From Sminthopsis crassicaudata (Eukaryota): a DNA stretch of 64,000 nucleotides. Where the stretch lies: assembly GCF_048593235.1 (NCBI RefSeq), contig NC_133617.1, positions 69,896,937-69,960,936 on the forward strand, written 5' to 3'. Both the position numbers and the translations under genes were made by a program. Numbering within the stretch: position 1 is the stretch's first letter; each line of letters opens with the position of its first letter. The notes beneath the pieces were generated by a model. It was not told the DNA's origin, made no database searches, and saw nothing but the letters and a program-made list of their open reading frames with translations. Below are positions 13,197 to 24,990 of this stretch, in pieces.

Positions 13197-14250
13197 GCAG
13201 CAGCAGGAGGAGGAGAAGGAGGCGGGCGGCTGAGCGAGAGAGGGAGGGGAGTCGGGGGTTGAGAGGGGAGGGGAGAGCGGAGGGAAGGGGGGGGCGCCGC
13301 GCTGGGAGGGAGGCGGCGCGCACGGTGCAGCCGGGCCGGGCGGGAGGCATGGCGGGGCCCCCGGCCCTGCCCCCGCCGGACACGGCGGCGGCGGCCGCCG
13401 CCTCGTCGTCCCGCCTCGTCCCCCCGCTACCAGGAGTGGATCCTGGACCACCATCGACTCGCTGCGCTCGCGCAAGGCGCGGCCGGACCCTGGAGCGCAT
13501 CTGCCGGATGGTGAGGCGGCGGCGGCACGGGCCGGAGCCGGAGCGCACGCGCGCCGAGCTGGAGAAGCTGATCCAGCAGCGCGCCGTGCTTCGGGTCAGC
13601 TACAAGGGGAGCATCTCGTACCGCAACGCGGCGCGCGTGCAGCCGCCGCGTCGGGGCGCCACCCCGCCCGTTCCTCCGCGCGGCCCCCGGGGGTCTGCCG
13701 CGGCCGCCGCGCCGCCCCCGCCCCCGCCCGCTCCGCCTGCGCCCGTCGCCTCCCCGCCCCGAGCGCCCCGGGCAGCTGCGGCCACAGCGCCCCCCTCTCC
13801 CGGCGCCCCGGCCCCGTCGCCGCCCCCCAGAGCGCAGCGGGCCGCGCCCCTGCCCCCGCCACCGCCTCCGGCCGGGGCGCCCTCGCCCGGCCCGCGCCGT
13901 GCCCCCCCGCCCGCCGGGGCCGCCGCCCGGGAGCCGGCGCCGCCGTCGCCGCTGCCTCTGCCGCTGCCGCCGGAGGGGGGCGCGTCTCGGAGCGGACCAG
14001 CCCGGCCCGTGAGCCTGCGGGAAGTGGTGCGCTACCTCGGGGGCAGTGGCGGCGGCGGAGGCCGGCTGACTCGCGGGCGCGTGCAGGGGCTGCTACTAGA
14101 GGAGGAAGCGGCGGCTGCCCGAGGCCGTCTAGAGCGCACCCGTATCGCCAGTCTTGCTCTGCCCCGCAACGATCGTTCCGGAAGGGCGCCTCCTGCCACT
14201 AGCTCCCGAGCAGCCCGAACCAAGGTAAGACTAGGACTGGGAATGAAAGT
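11950..14250 (+). promoter_or_regulatory. SAMD1: CpG island covering the SAMD1 promoter and exon 1
   Basis: Very high GC and CpG density, CCAAT at 12499-12503, several GC boxes, CT tract at about 12560-12625, GGC repeat at about 13146-13203. Confidence 0.9.
13349..14224 (+). CDS. SAMD1: SAMD1 exon 1 (winged-helix CpG-binding domain plus Pro/Ala-rich region), containing three apparent +1 C insertions
   Basis: MAGPPALPPP...LERICRMVRRRHGPEPERTRAELEKLIQQRAVLRVSYKGSISYRNAAR...AARTK|gtaag. The conserved YQEWILD/TIDSLRSRKARPD motif is recoverable only in shifted frames. Confidence 0.9.
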
Positions 14251-14749
14251 CCTGCACTGGGAGGGGAAGACCGGGTGATCAAGGCTGAAAGCAAGACTGG
14301 AGGAGAGTACACCGGGGAGGAGGGATAGGGAGAGCGCAAAGGATGGATGAGATCAGTCCCGGTGGAGAGTGCAAGGGTGTTTTTATGAGAACTAGAGCTC
14401 CATGAGCTTAGAATCTCTAAGCTCCTCCTCAGCCAAGGGTAGAAGGGAAGAGATTTGGGCTAAGTACCCAGAAAGGCCTGGTCATGGGGTCAGTAAGTGG
14501 CCCCCCCCTCTCCTCAGAAATAGACCAGACAGTCTGGTTTGGGACCTAGAAAAGGGTGTCATGTTAGGATTCCCAGGAGTTAATTCCCTGGAACATGTTA
14601 AAGACTCCCAAGAGCAGAAGTCAACTTTGGACCCAGAAATCTGGACAGCCCCCATGTTTCAAGTCTTAACAGATAGAATGAGGACATCTAGGGAATATAT
14701 AGATCAGAAAAGATTGTGGAAAACATTCCAAACTCTTCATTCCTCACAG

Positions 14750-15032
14750 AAGTCTGGGGAAGAGTCCCTGAGGGAGGAGGAAGAAGAAGAGGATGAAGAA
14801 GAGGTGTCTGCTTTGTCAGAGGGTTCTGAGGTGCCTGAGGGAGAGGGTGCCCACGGTGGGCAAAACCAGTACAATGGAGAGACTGGCCAGCGGGAAAGTG
14901 GGAAAGAGAGGCCCAGGGAGTGGAGCTCCTCCATAGCACCAGGTCGACAGGATGAGAGTCACCGTTCAGCTCTAGCAGATGGAACCAGGGAAGCCTTCCC
15001 AATGGGAGTGGTGAAGATGGAAGGGGGTTCAG
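14750..15032 (+). CDS. SAMD1: SAMD1 exon 2 (acidic tract)
   Basis: cacag|AAGTCTGGG...TTCAG|gtaag, 283 bp, phase 0 to 1, EEEEEEDEEEVSALSEGSEVPE. Confidence 0.88.
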
Positions 15033-15236
15033 GTAAGAAAGAAGTTCCAGAAACTGAAGTTCCTTTTGTGATGGAGGAGCAGGAGAGCTACCTCACTTTC
15101 TAAAGTGGGTGGGGTCCCCTGGGAAACAAGGTACATATGAAAGAAAAAAAAAATTCAAAAGAGTTTAGGATTGGGATATGTCTAAAGGAAGGAGGATAGA
15201 GGGATAGAGCTGACCAATATGCCCTTTTTACCCTAG

Positions 15237-15333
15237 CCTCAGCTGCTACAGGTCCAGATTCCCCTTCACCCGTGCCTTTGCCCCCCGGAAAACCAGCTTT
15301 GCCCAGCGCTGATGGAACTCCTTTTGGTTGCTC
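15237..15333 (+). CDS. SAMD1: SAMD1 exon 3
   Basis: cctag|CCTCA...TGCTC|gtaag, 97 bp, ATGPDSPSPVPLPPGKPALPSADGTPFGC. Confidence 0.93.
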
Positions 15334-15814
15334 GTAAGTCAATGAATGTTTTTGTCTCTTGAGGCTGGGTCTAATGTTGATTTGGGATCAGGGCTGATCC
15401 CTAGGGGTCCACTGAAAGACAATAGTGTTTTATAAGTAGAGTCATAGACTTGGTCATACTAATTTCTCAACAAATGCTTAGAAGCTAGAAAGTGGGTACA
15501 GTTAACTATGTTACAAGGTTACGAGCAGTAGTGGGACTCTTGAAGGGCTGTAACATCATCTATTCATCCCAAGGGCTGAATACAATCAACGTTTATTTAA
15601 TTTAACTGATAGTCAAAGCCAGATCTTATGACCTTCCAACTTTCTCCTTCCATCCTCCTTTGAAATAAGAATTGTAATCCTTAACCCATCCCACCCCTAT
15701 CTGCTACAGGAGGATGAAATGAGAAAATGATTTGCAAAGAATTTTCAAATGTTAAATGTTTGATAGTGTTAGATGGGATGATGACAATATTGTGGTCTGT
15801 TTGGGCATCCATAG

Positions 15815-15926
15815 CTCTGGTAGGAAAGAAAAACCATCTGACCCTGTGGAGTGGACAGTGATGGATGTGGTAGAGTATTTCACTGAGGCTGGCTTCCCTG
15901 AACAGGCTTCTGCTTTCCAGGAACAG
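15815..15926 (+). CDS. SAMD1: SAMD1 exon 4 (SAM domain, N-terminal half)
   Basis: atag|CTCTGG...GAACAG|gtgag, 112 bp, GRKEKPSDPVEWTVMDVVEYFTEAGFPEQASAFQEQ. Confidence 0.95.
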
Positions 15927-16141
15927 GTGAGACCTCCATTCTGCTGAAGCCAGAACCCTTGGGGTTCCTTGCTTCCTTCTGAGTCCCTTGCCCTTACATC
16001 TTGTGTGTGTGACACACCACACACACACAGATGATCAGAGTAATGTCAACTACAAACCAGAAAGATGCCCATGTATATAAAGGGGACTTGGAGGGAGTTT
16101 CAGGCCTGATCCAAGTTGAGCTCTGCTTCTTTCCCCTCCAG

Positions 16142-16300
16142 GAAATTGACGGGAAATCCCTTTTGCTGATGCAGCGCACAGACGTGCTAACTGGCCTCTC
16201 AATCCGCCTGGGGCCAGCCCTCAAAATCTATGAGCATCACATCAAGGTCCTTCAGCAGGGCCACTTTGAAGATGATGACCCTGATGGGTTTCTTGGCTGA
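16142..16300 (+). CDS. SAMD1: SAMD1 exon 5 coding part (SAM domain, C-terminal half)
   Basis: ccag|GAAATT...GGCTGA encodes [52 protein letters not shown]. Confidence 0.96.
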   Translation, partial: EIDGKSLLLMQRTDVLTGLSIRLGPALKIYEHHIKVLQQGHFEDDDPDGFLG

Positions 16301-16912
16301 GCCCCCACCCTCCTGTGACCCCTAAGCTTCCCCTACTCCTTTCCCTCAGTTCCCTTGTACCCCATCTGCCTAAGAGTCCCTAGCATCCAGGAACTCCCTA
16401 AGGGGGAGAATACCCACTTCCCAACACACTCCCCAAAGAGATTCCAGGGAGGCAGGCGCCTCATTGTCACCCCTTCCCAACTTTGTCTCCCTTAACTGTA
16501 GGTATCTTTCTCCTATCCACATCCTGCATTCCAAGCTGGGGGTGATGGCAAGGGCAGATGCAGGTTCCTGCAGCATACCAGGAGGGGACCCCAACACCCT
16601 CCCCCATTAGACTCCTTTGGAGGGGGGAAGAAAGCCCTCCTTTTTCCCTAGCCCTTCCCCCAATTCAGCCAGACTTCACCTTTGTAAATGTTTCACCCTG
16701 AGGAAGTAAGGACAGGACTGGACTGGCCTTTCCCTCTCAACCCACCTGTTCCCCTAATCCTAATGCCTGTCCTTCCAGCCTCCATCCTCCAACCTTGCCC
16801 AGGGTTGAAGTGGTGGGTTGTCCTGTTTCCTTCCTCTCTTTTTCTCGTTTTCTCTCTTTCTGGTTGTTGCTCTGGCTAAGTTGCTTTTTAATATTGCACC
16901 TGAGGTTTTTTA

Positions 16913-16918
16913 AATAAA
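16913..16918 (+). terminator. SAMD1: SAMD1 polyadenylation signal
   Basis: AATAAA about 610 nt after the stop, with a downstream GT-rich tract (tgtgtgtatgtatg). Confidence 0.8.
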
Positions 16919-17977
16919 ATTAAAAGAAAAATCTCTGATGTGTGTATGTATGTATGAATCTGTCTAAATGTCTCTGTGTTCATGCATCTGTCTAATATGG
17001 GGGTTTGAGTAGGGGGATTCCCTCCTTACTGGATTCTGTCATTGGGGAAAATGGGAGGTCATTATCATATCCTAGGCTGGAGTCCTAGAAGGTATCTTAA
17101 AACATCTAGTCCAACCTACTAATTTACAAAAGAGAAAACTGAGATGAGGTCCTGACCCCAGGATTGAATGAGTTAATAGTTGTAAAGCACTTGTGCCAAC
17201 CTTTTAAAAGTGCTCAATAAATTCTAGCTCTTATTGCTTCTACCTCCAAATTCAGTGTTCCTGCCCTATGTTGTTGGTCTTAGAGCTGAAAGAGGCCTTA
17301 GAGACCACCGAGTCCTTTTCCCTATATCTTTGGGAAAGGGCTGTTTTCACTTCAGGATGTCAGTCATCTGTTCCCCCCTCCCCCAAAAAAAGGTTGAATT
17401 AAATGATCAAGAGATCCTCCTTCCATCTATGGACTCAATTATGATGTCATTACTCTGCTGGGCCTCAGTTTTCCCACCTGAAAATTAAGGTCCATCTGCA
17501 ATCCATTAACCATCGATTATGGCTAGGGGTCCCTTCTGCCCCAATGTTTTATGTTTCTAAATTGCCTCCTCTCCCTGGGCCTCAGTTTCCTACTTTAACA
17601 TGTGGTTATAAACTGCCAATCCCTGGGGAAATCTTGAGAATGGCGGTAGTTCTTTTGAAAAGGCAGATATGTTTCTGGGCAAGGAGAGTGAAGCAGCATA
17701 GGTAAATATGAGTATATAAATAGGTATATATGAGAGAGAAAGTGAACCCGAACATGGAGCGTGCTATTCCGCGGCGCGTGGCTGCTGGGAGAGAAGCTCA
17801 ACCCTGACCTGGCGCGTGTTGACATTCAAATGAGGCCCGGCCCCTCGCCCCAGCCTCCCTTCTGTGGTAGTGGGAGTCGGCAAGCAGAAAGCCTGGGAGC
17901 CTGCTGCCCCGGAAAGCTGGGGAGGATTCTCCACTGGGGGAGGAGGGTCTAGTGCGGCCTCCCCAGTTATCTCCCCC

Positions 17978-18315
17978 ATGGCCAGCGAGCCCTGGTTCGG
18001 GGGGCTTCTGCCTACCGGAGTCCGAGACTCCCTCCCAGCAGGAGACTCGGTCCCCGGACCCGCCCCTACCCCACACGGTGGAATTGAATCCCCTTGGCCT
18101 GTGGTCCCTAGTCGAGCAGGGGCTCCGGCAGATGCTGAGCCTGGGGGGCCTGTCCCAGGGCAGCCTCTGGCTTCAGCCCCGCTGCCTGGCCCGCCCCAAG
18201 CCCCCGCCCCCGGCCCTGCCCTACTGCCTCTGGAAAGTATGTTCAGCCCCATCACGGAGCAGCTCCGCTACCTGCTCAAGAAAGCGGAGGATTTCCAGAG
18301 CTACCTGCTCTACAG
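17978..18315 (+). CDS. C19orf67: C19orf67 (UPF0575) exon 1
   Basis: MASEPWF...[25 protein letters not shown]|gtgat, 338 bp, matching recalled human [24 protein letters not shown]. Confidence 0.88.
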
Positions 18316-18422
18316 GTGATGGGACCAGACTGCCTGGCTATCCTGGGGATCAGGAAAGGGGGATGGGTGCTGTGGGCGGAGCAAGTGAGGTGGAAGCCCA
18401 AGCTGGAGCTCCCCTCCCATGA

Positions 18423-18662
<240 letters not shown>

Positions 18663-18744
18663 TGAGGATTAGGAGCTTGGGCATAGGATGGGGAACTACC
18701 TTCCCCTGCAACTAGGGTTGATATGTACTGTCCTCTCCCTCTAG

Positions 18745-18846
<102 letters not shown>

Positions 18847-19529
18847 TAACTGGGTTGGGGGAAGGGAGACAAACAAGGAAATCTGGGTCGAGAATATGGT
18901 CCTAGGTACTTCCCTTCCCCACCCCTTTGGACTCTCCCATCCCATAAATATCGTAACTAAGAAGGTCCCTCTCTAAAGGTCACCTCTAACTAGCCCCCCC
19001 CCCAATCCTCTAGCCATTGAGCCAAATATCCCCTGCTTGGACACTTCAGGTCACTGAAATGTCACTGTCAGCTCACTAGAATATGGGCCCTCACACTTTC
19101 TAGCTAAACAAGTCACTACATATATTCTTTCATGTGTAAAACAGAAATACTTGTACTACTTTCTTTAAGTTGTTTAAGGGAAAGCACTTTTTGTGAGCTC
19201 TGCTCAATCAGAAAAAAACAAAACCAGAAAGTTTTTCACAGCATGGGTTCAAATCCTAGTTGTACTAACCTTTCCTATGTATGGAGCAAATGATGTAGTG
19301 GGAGGCAAGATCTGAGTTCAAAATGTCTTTTCAAATACCATCTATTCCAATCCTGAACAAATGGTTTAATTTGTGGGCCTCCGTTTCCTTTTCAGTAAAA
19401 TGAGGTCTTTAAGAACCTCTCTAAGGGTTCGTCCAATTCCAATCTATAACCGTAGGCAAGTTATTTAAATTCTCTAGGTCTCGAGGAGTTAGTAGTGGGT
19501 TTGGGGGATTTGAATTCAATGATTTCTAA

Positions 19530-19756
<227 letters not shown>

Positions 19757-20242
19757 GTGAGTCTCCCTGACTCACCATCATTACCATTTAAAATTTCCTT
19801 CCTTCAGAAAAAGACCTCTAAATCAAATCCTGAGTACTTTTCACTCCTAATGAAAATCCCAGTCTCCCTAGTCTAGGCTGCCCCTAAAGAAAATCGAAAC
19901 AAAAGCATGTATCCTTCCACCAAAAGGTGGCCTGAGCTCTGTGTTGGAAGTCAAGACACCTGGCTTCAATTTCCAGCTCTGACATTAGAGTGATGAGTCA
20001 CTTCAGTTCCCTGGGCCTGTTTTCTAATCTTTAAAATGAGAAGGAATATTATTTGTACTACCTGAGACTTAGAAGTTGTATGACTGTGGCCAATAAATTA
20101 GCCTTCCAAATTCAGGTTTCCCCACCCAAAAATGAGAATAATAATACACTGGCTCATTCAAAATCCTATTGGGGAAAACCTAGAAAACTGCTAGAGAAGA
20201 TGCTATTTTTGCTAAAGTCCCTCTTTACAAATACTTCAGTGA

Positions 20243-20494
<252 letters not shown>

Positions 20495-20505
20495 TAAGGG
20501 AGTAG

Positions 20506-21000
<495 letters not shown>

Positions 21001-21339
21001 GCCCTCGGTAGCTCTCGGTTCTGGCTACATGGGGAAATGGGGGATGGGTAGGAGAGGGACGCGGATCCTTCTCCAGCCCTCGAACCCGCAGGCAGCTTAG
21101 GCAGGGGAAGACGAGGACGCGGCGATTCCCTCAAGACTTGTATAGATAGTTGTGGATTTAATAAAGAGAAAGAATTCAGAGGTGCCTCAGTCTGAATAGC
21201 GCCGGAGAAGCAAGCTAGTCCTTCCCGTCGAGTAAGGTCGGCAAAACTGGAGAGGGGGAAGGGGTGGAGATGGGGGCGGGCGAACTACCTAGGGATTGAA
21301 AGGGAGTGGTACATAATCCCAAACGCGGAGGGAGGGCTG

Positions 21340-22330
21340 AGGGTGGCGCATGCTCAAACGAACACTGGAAGCCAAACGGAAGCACCCCGACCCATACACT
21401 TCCGGAAGTGGGAGTCCTAGTCACGAAGTTGATTGATAGGACCGCGGTCCTTTCCGTAGCCTGGCCGGTCTGGTTAACTGCGAGACCACGGAACAGGGCT
21501 TCTAAAAGGAATGCAGCGGAGGGGATCACGTTTTAGCCGTGAACGATCTCTTTCGGGAAAAGGCTGCTTCCAGATGTAACAGAAAGATTCCTGTATTGGG
21601 AGAAACAGGACCCGGGTTCGAATTTTTGCTCTGCTACAAAGTTGCTGTGTCACTCTAATGGGGTAGTGGGTGGGAGAGAGACGGGAGAGCCCTTTCTTTC
21701 CTCCAGAATCCCACACCCCGCCGGGAAGTAGAGAGATTGGCTGGTTAATTTCCGCCTTAGTTTCTTCCTCTGTAAACATAACTCTTAACTTGGCTGCCTC
21801 CAGATGTAATAGAAAGATTCCTGTATTGGGAGAAATAGGATCGGGTTCGAATTTTTGCTCTGCTACAAAGTTGCTGTGTCACTCTAATGGGGTGGGAGAG
21901 AGACGGGAGAGCCCCATTCCTTCCTCCAGGATCACACACCCAGCCGGGAAGTAGATTGGCTGGTTAATTTCCGCCTTAGTTTCTTCCTCTGTAAACAGAG
22001 CTCTTAACCTGGCTGCCCAACGTAGCATTTAATGACCTCCAAGGTCCCTTCCAGCTCTGGCCTCTAAAGGACTACGATTCCCATTGTGCCGCGCGAGAGC
22101 CAGGCCTATCATGTGTCCTGGTTTGTTTCCCAGCCGCAGGAGTAGGCTGGGAACCGGGTGTAGGAACCTCTGTCTCAGATTCCCGCCTGGGTATGGATGG
22201 CAATTGATGCCTCCCTTTTTGCCGAGGGGTGAACAGGCTCCATAGCATCCGCCCTTCCCCTGCAAGGGTCGCGGTTATATCTTCCGGTTAAATCTGCGTG
22301 GGCTGAGACCAGAGTTGCTGTCCCCGGAAA
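21340..22330. promoter_or_regulatory. Orphan CpG-rich housekeeping-type promoter region
   Basis: NRF1-like GCGCATGCTC at 21346, perfect ETS palindrome CACTTCCGGAAGTG at 21397-21410, ZNF143/THAP11-type ACTACGATTCCCATTGTGC at 22071-22089, CTTCCGG at 22281, two inverted CCAAT boxes. Confidence 0.65.
21562..22017. repeat. Tandem duplication, two copies of about 230 and 219 bp
   Basis: GGCTGCYTCCAGATGTAAYAGAAAGATTCCTGTATTGGGAGAAA starts at 21562 and again at 21792. The copies are highly similar throughout, with short indels. Confidence 0.95.
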
Positions 22331-23549
22331 CCTCGGCTGGCCCCTGGACTTGAAGTAGCCGAGCCGCTCCCGGACGCCTCCCTGTGGCCGCAGTGGAACT
22401 CGCATCTCAGCGTCTGCTCTATTCAGACGAATCTTGCTCGTAATCGTGGGTCTCCCTCCCCTCCCCCACCCATCTGGTTTAGGAGTCCCCAGGTTTAAGA
22501 AGTCAAGGGTCACAGAGCTGGAAGAGATCTAACCCAAAAGATTCCAACCCGAAATCGGACATGTATCCTTCTCTCTCTGCGAAGAGATCTGTAGTGAAGA
22601 AAAGCTAATTCCTTTCTAAGGCATTCCCTTCAGCTTTCTAAATCTGATTACTGGACAGTGTTCTATATAGGCAAAAGCTAGGGGATTTCGTCAGCATGAG
22701 GGGGAACTCCTCCACCAATGTAAATTTCAACCAGCATGTGATTGATAAAATGGAGGGGAGAAGAGAAGGAAGCAAGCATCTGTCAATCAATGAATGCACT
22801 AGTCTCGAAGATTTGGTGCTGAAAATGAACTCAGAAGGTTTTTAGTCCAAACCCTGCATTTCACAGATTTGGAAACTGAAAATTAAAGAGACAACGGGGC
22901 ACTTGCCCATGGTCACACAGGCAGTAAGCAGCAGAGATTCTCTGAACCAATGCTTAAAATAAGACTATTAGTCCGAAGAGGTGCCTGAGATGCTCACGAG
23001 TTCAATGACTTGTATCTGGTCCCCCGCTAAATGTGCCGCCTCATTATTTCTGGCTCTGCCCTTTGGTTTTAATATATCTAATCCCTCTTCCCAAGGACAA
23101 TCCTTCAAACATTTGAAGACACTTATCACTTCCCCAAGTCTTCACTTTTCCAGGCTAACCATCTGCAGTTACTTCAGCAGAGCCTGCCAAGTCATCAGCT
23201 TTATAGAAGCATTCTTGACCTTCAAATATTCAAAGTCCTTCCTCAAATGTGGTACAAATGGTACACTTTGCTATTTAAAATCTTGCATTTTGTAACATCT
23301 CTTGTGCTGTTGCTCACTTCTGTTACCATTTAACTTTTTGTCTTGTCTTGAGAGCTAGATAAGTCCCTTGAGAGTTCTTATGGATCCCCCACGATATCTT
23401 ATAATAGGCTAAAAACAGCAGATGTTCAATGAATGTATGTTGCTGACTGATGGATGTTCAGTCCAGGCTGAAAAGGAGAGCATTCTAAGAAGAAGCAGAC
23501 AGCAAGAAGAATAATAGGCTTTCTACCTTTGTGGAAACCAGTCTGATAG

Positions 23550-23726
23550 AAGGGGTTCTTAACCTCCTTTGAGTCATGAATCCCTTTGGTAATCTAATGA
23601 AATCTATATACACCTTCTTAGAACGGTATTTTTAAGCATATCAATAAAATACATAGGATTACAAAGGAAATTAATTGACATAGTTTAAAAAAATATATGT
23701 TCACAAACTCCAGCTTAAGGATCCTG
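23550..23726. mobile_element. hAT/Charlie-type MITE remnant
   Basis: Ends AGGGGTTCTTAAC...CTTAAGGATCCTG, similar to the MITE at 39517-39700. Confidence 0.55.
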
Positions 23727-24843
23727 AAAGATGTGCATAGATAACTTGAATAGGGGAGACTTCCTAGCTATGTAACTGGGCAAATAATTTCATCTACAAG
23801 TGAAGTTTTCTTCATTGTAAAATGTGGATAATAATACATCTGATACCTTTGTCACAGGGTGATTATGAAGATTAAAAGAGGCTAGTGATGTAAGGCATTT
23901 TACAAACCTTACATCACTCTACAAATGTTAGCTGTTATTATGATCATTTCAAAGGGTCATAAAAGGAGAGAAAGCATACCTATCTAGAGCAGTGAGGGGG
24001 GGGGGGGGAGAGAGAGCTCTAGCCGGCTGGGCTTTCCAGACATTTTATTCCACTTCCATTTCCCCTCTAGAATGTTTTATGTTCCAGTAAGACTGGCATT
24101 CTACCTATTTAATTCTCTGACATCAGCCTTCCACATAGTGCTTTGGAACCAGCTAAGTGGTATAATGAGGCAGCTAACTGTGAAAGTAGATAGAGTGCCA
24201 ATCCTGGATTCGGGAAGACGAGTTCAAATCTACCTTCAGACTTTTACTAGCTGTTTGCCTCAGTTTACTCATCTGTAAAATGAACTGGAAAAGGAAATGG
24301 CAGACCATTCCAGAATCCCTGCCAAGAAAACACCAAATGGGGTTACAAATCAAATATGACTAGACTGGCATAATAGAGCCCAAGTTCAGATCTGGCCTCA
24401 GATATTTACAAGGTATATGGCACAGGACAAGATACTTTGTTTGCCTTGGTTTTCCCAACTGTAAAATGAGACTGATAATAGTACCTCCCAGGATTGGTGT
24501 GACGATAAAATGAGACTACAAAGTACTTTGCAAACCTTAAAGTACCACATGAATGCTAGCATTTCCTCTGTGCTGAGGTACACCCTGTATCTCTCATGCC
24601 TGCCATGTACTCTCCTCACCTATGCTTTTTATAAGCCCTCCCTTGTTTCAAGGCTTACCAGAAGAGACACTCTTAAGAAACTCCTTTTTGATCTCTTCTC
24701 AGTTAGTCCTTCACCAAATTTATTTAAATTCATCTCTGTGTAGCTGGGTGGTACCGAATAGTGCAAAGGGCTCTTAGCCAGAAAGACCTCAGTTTAAATA
24801 CAACCTTACATACTTCAGTGCCATTAGCTGTTTAAAAGGGTGG

Positions 24844-24990
24844 GGGGCAGCCAAGTGGTGCAGTGGATAGAGCACCAACCCTGAAGTCAGGAGGACACCA
24901 GTTCAAATTTGACCTCAGACACTTAACACTTCCTGGCTGTGTGACCCTGGGCAAGTCACTTAACCCCCTTGCCTAGCCAAAAAAAAAAAA
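24844..24990 (+). mobile_element. Marsupial tRNA-derived SINE
   Basis: GGGGCAGCCAAGTGGTGCAGTGGATAGAGC...GTTCAAA...GTGACCCTGGGCAAGTCACTTAACC plus A tail. Confidence 0.9.

Noticed and set aside
11797-13862. Many long ORFs on both strands across the SAMD1 CpG island
   Set aside because: Expected from stop-poor GC-rich, low-complexity sequence, with no recognisable domains.
14402-15103. 233-aa ORF as a stand-alone gene
   Set aside because: Only 14750-15032 is SAMD1 exon 2. The rest is in-frame intron.
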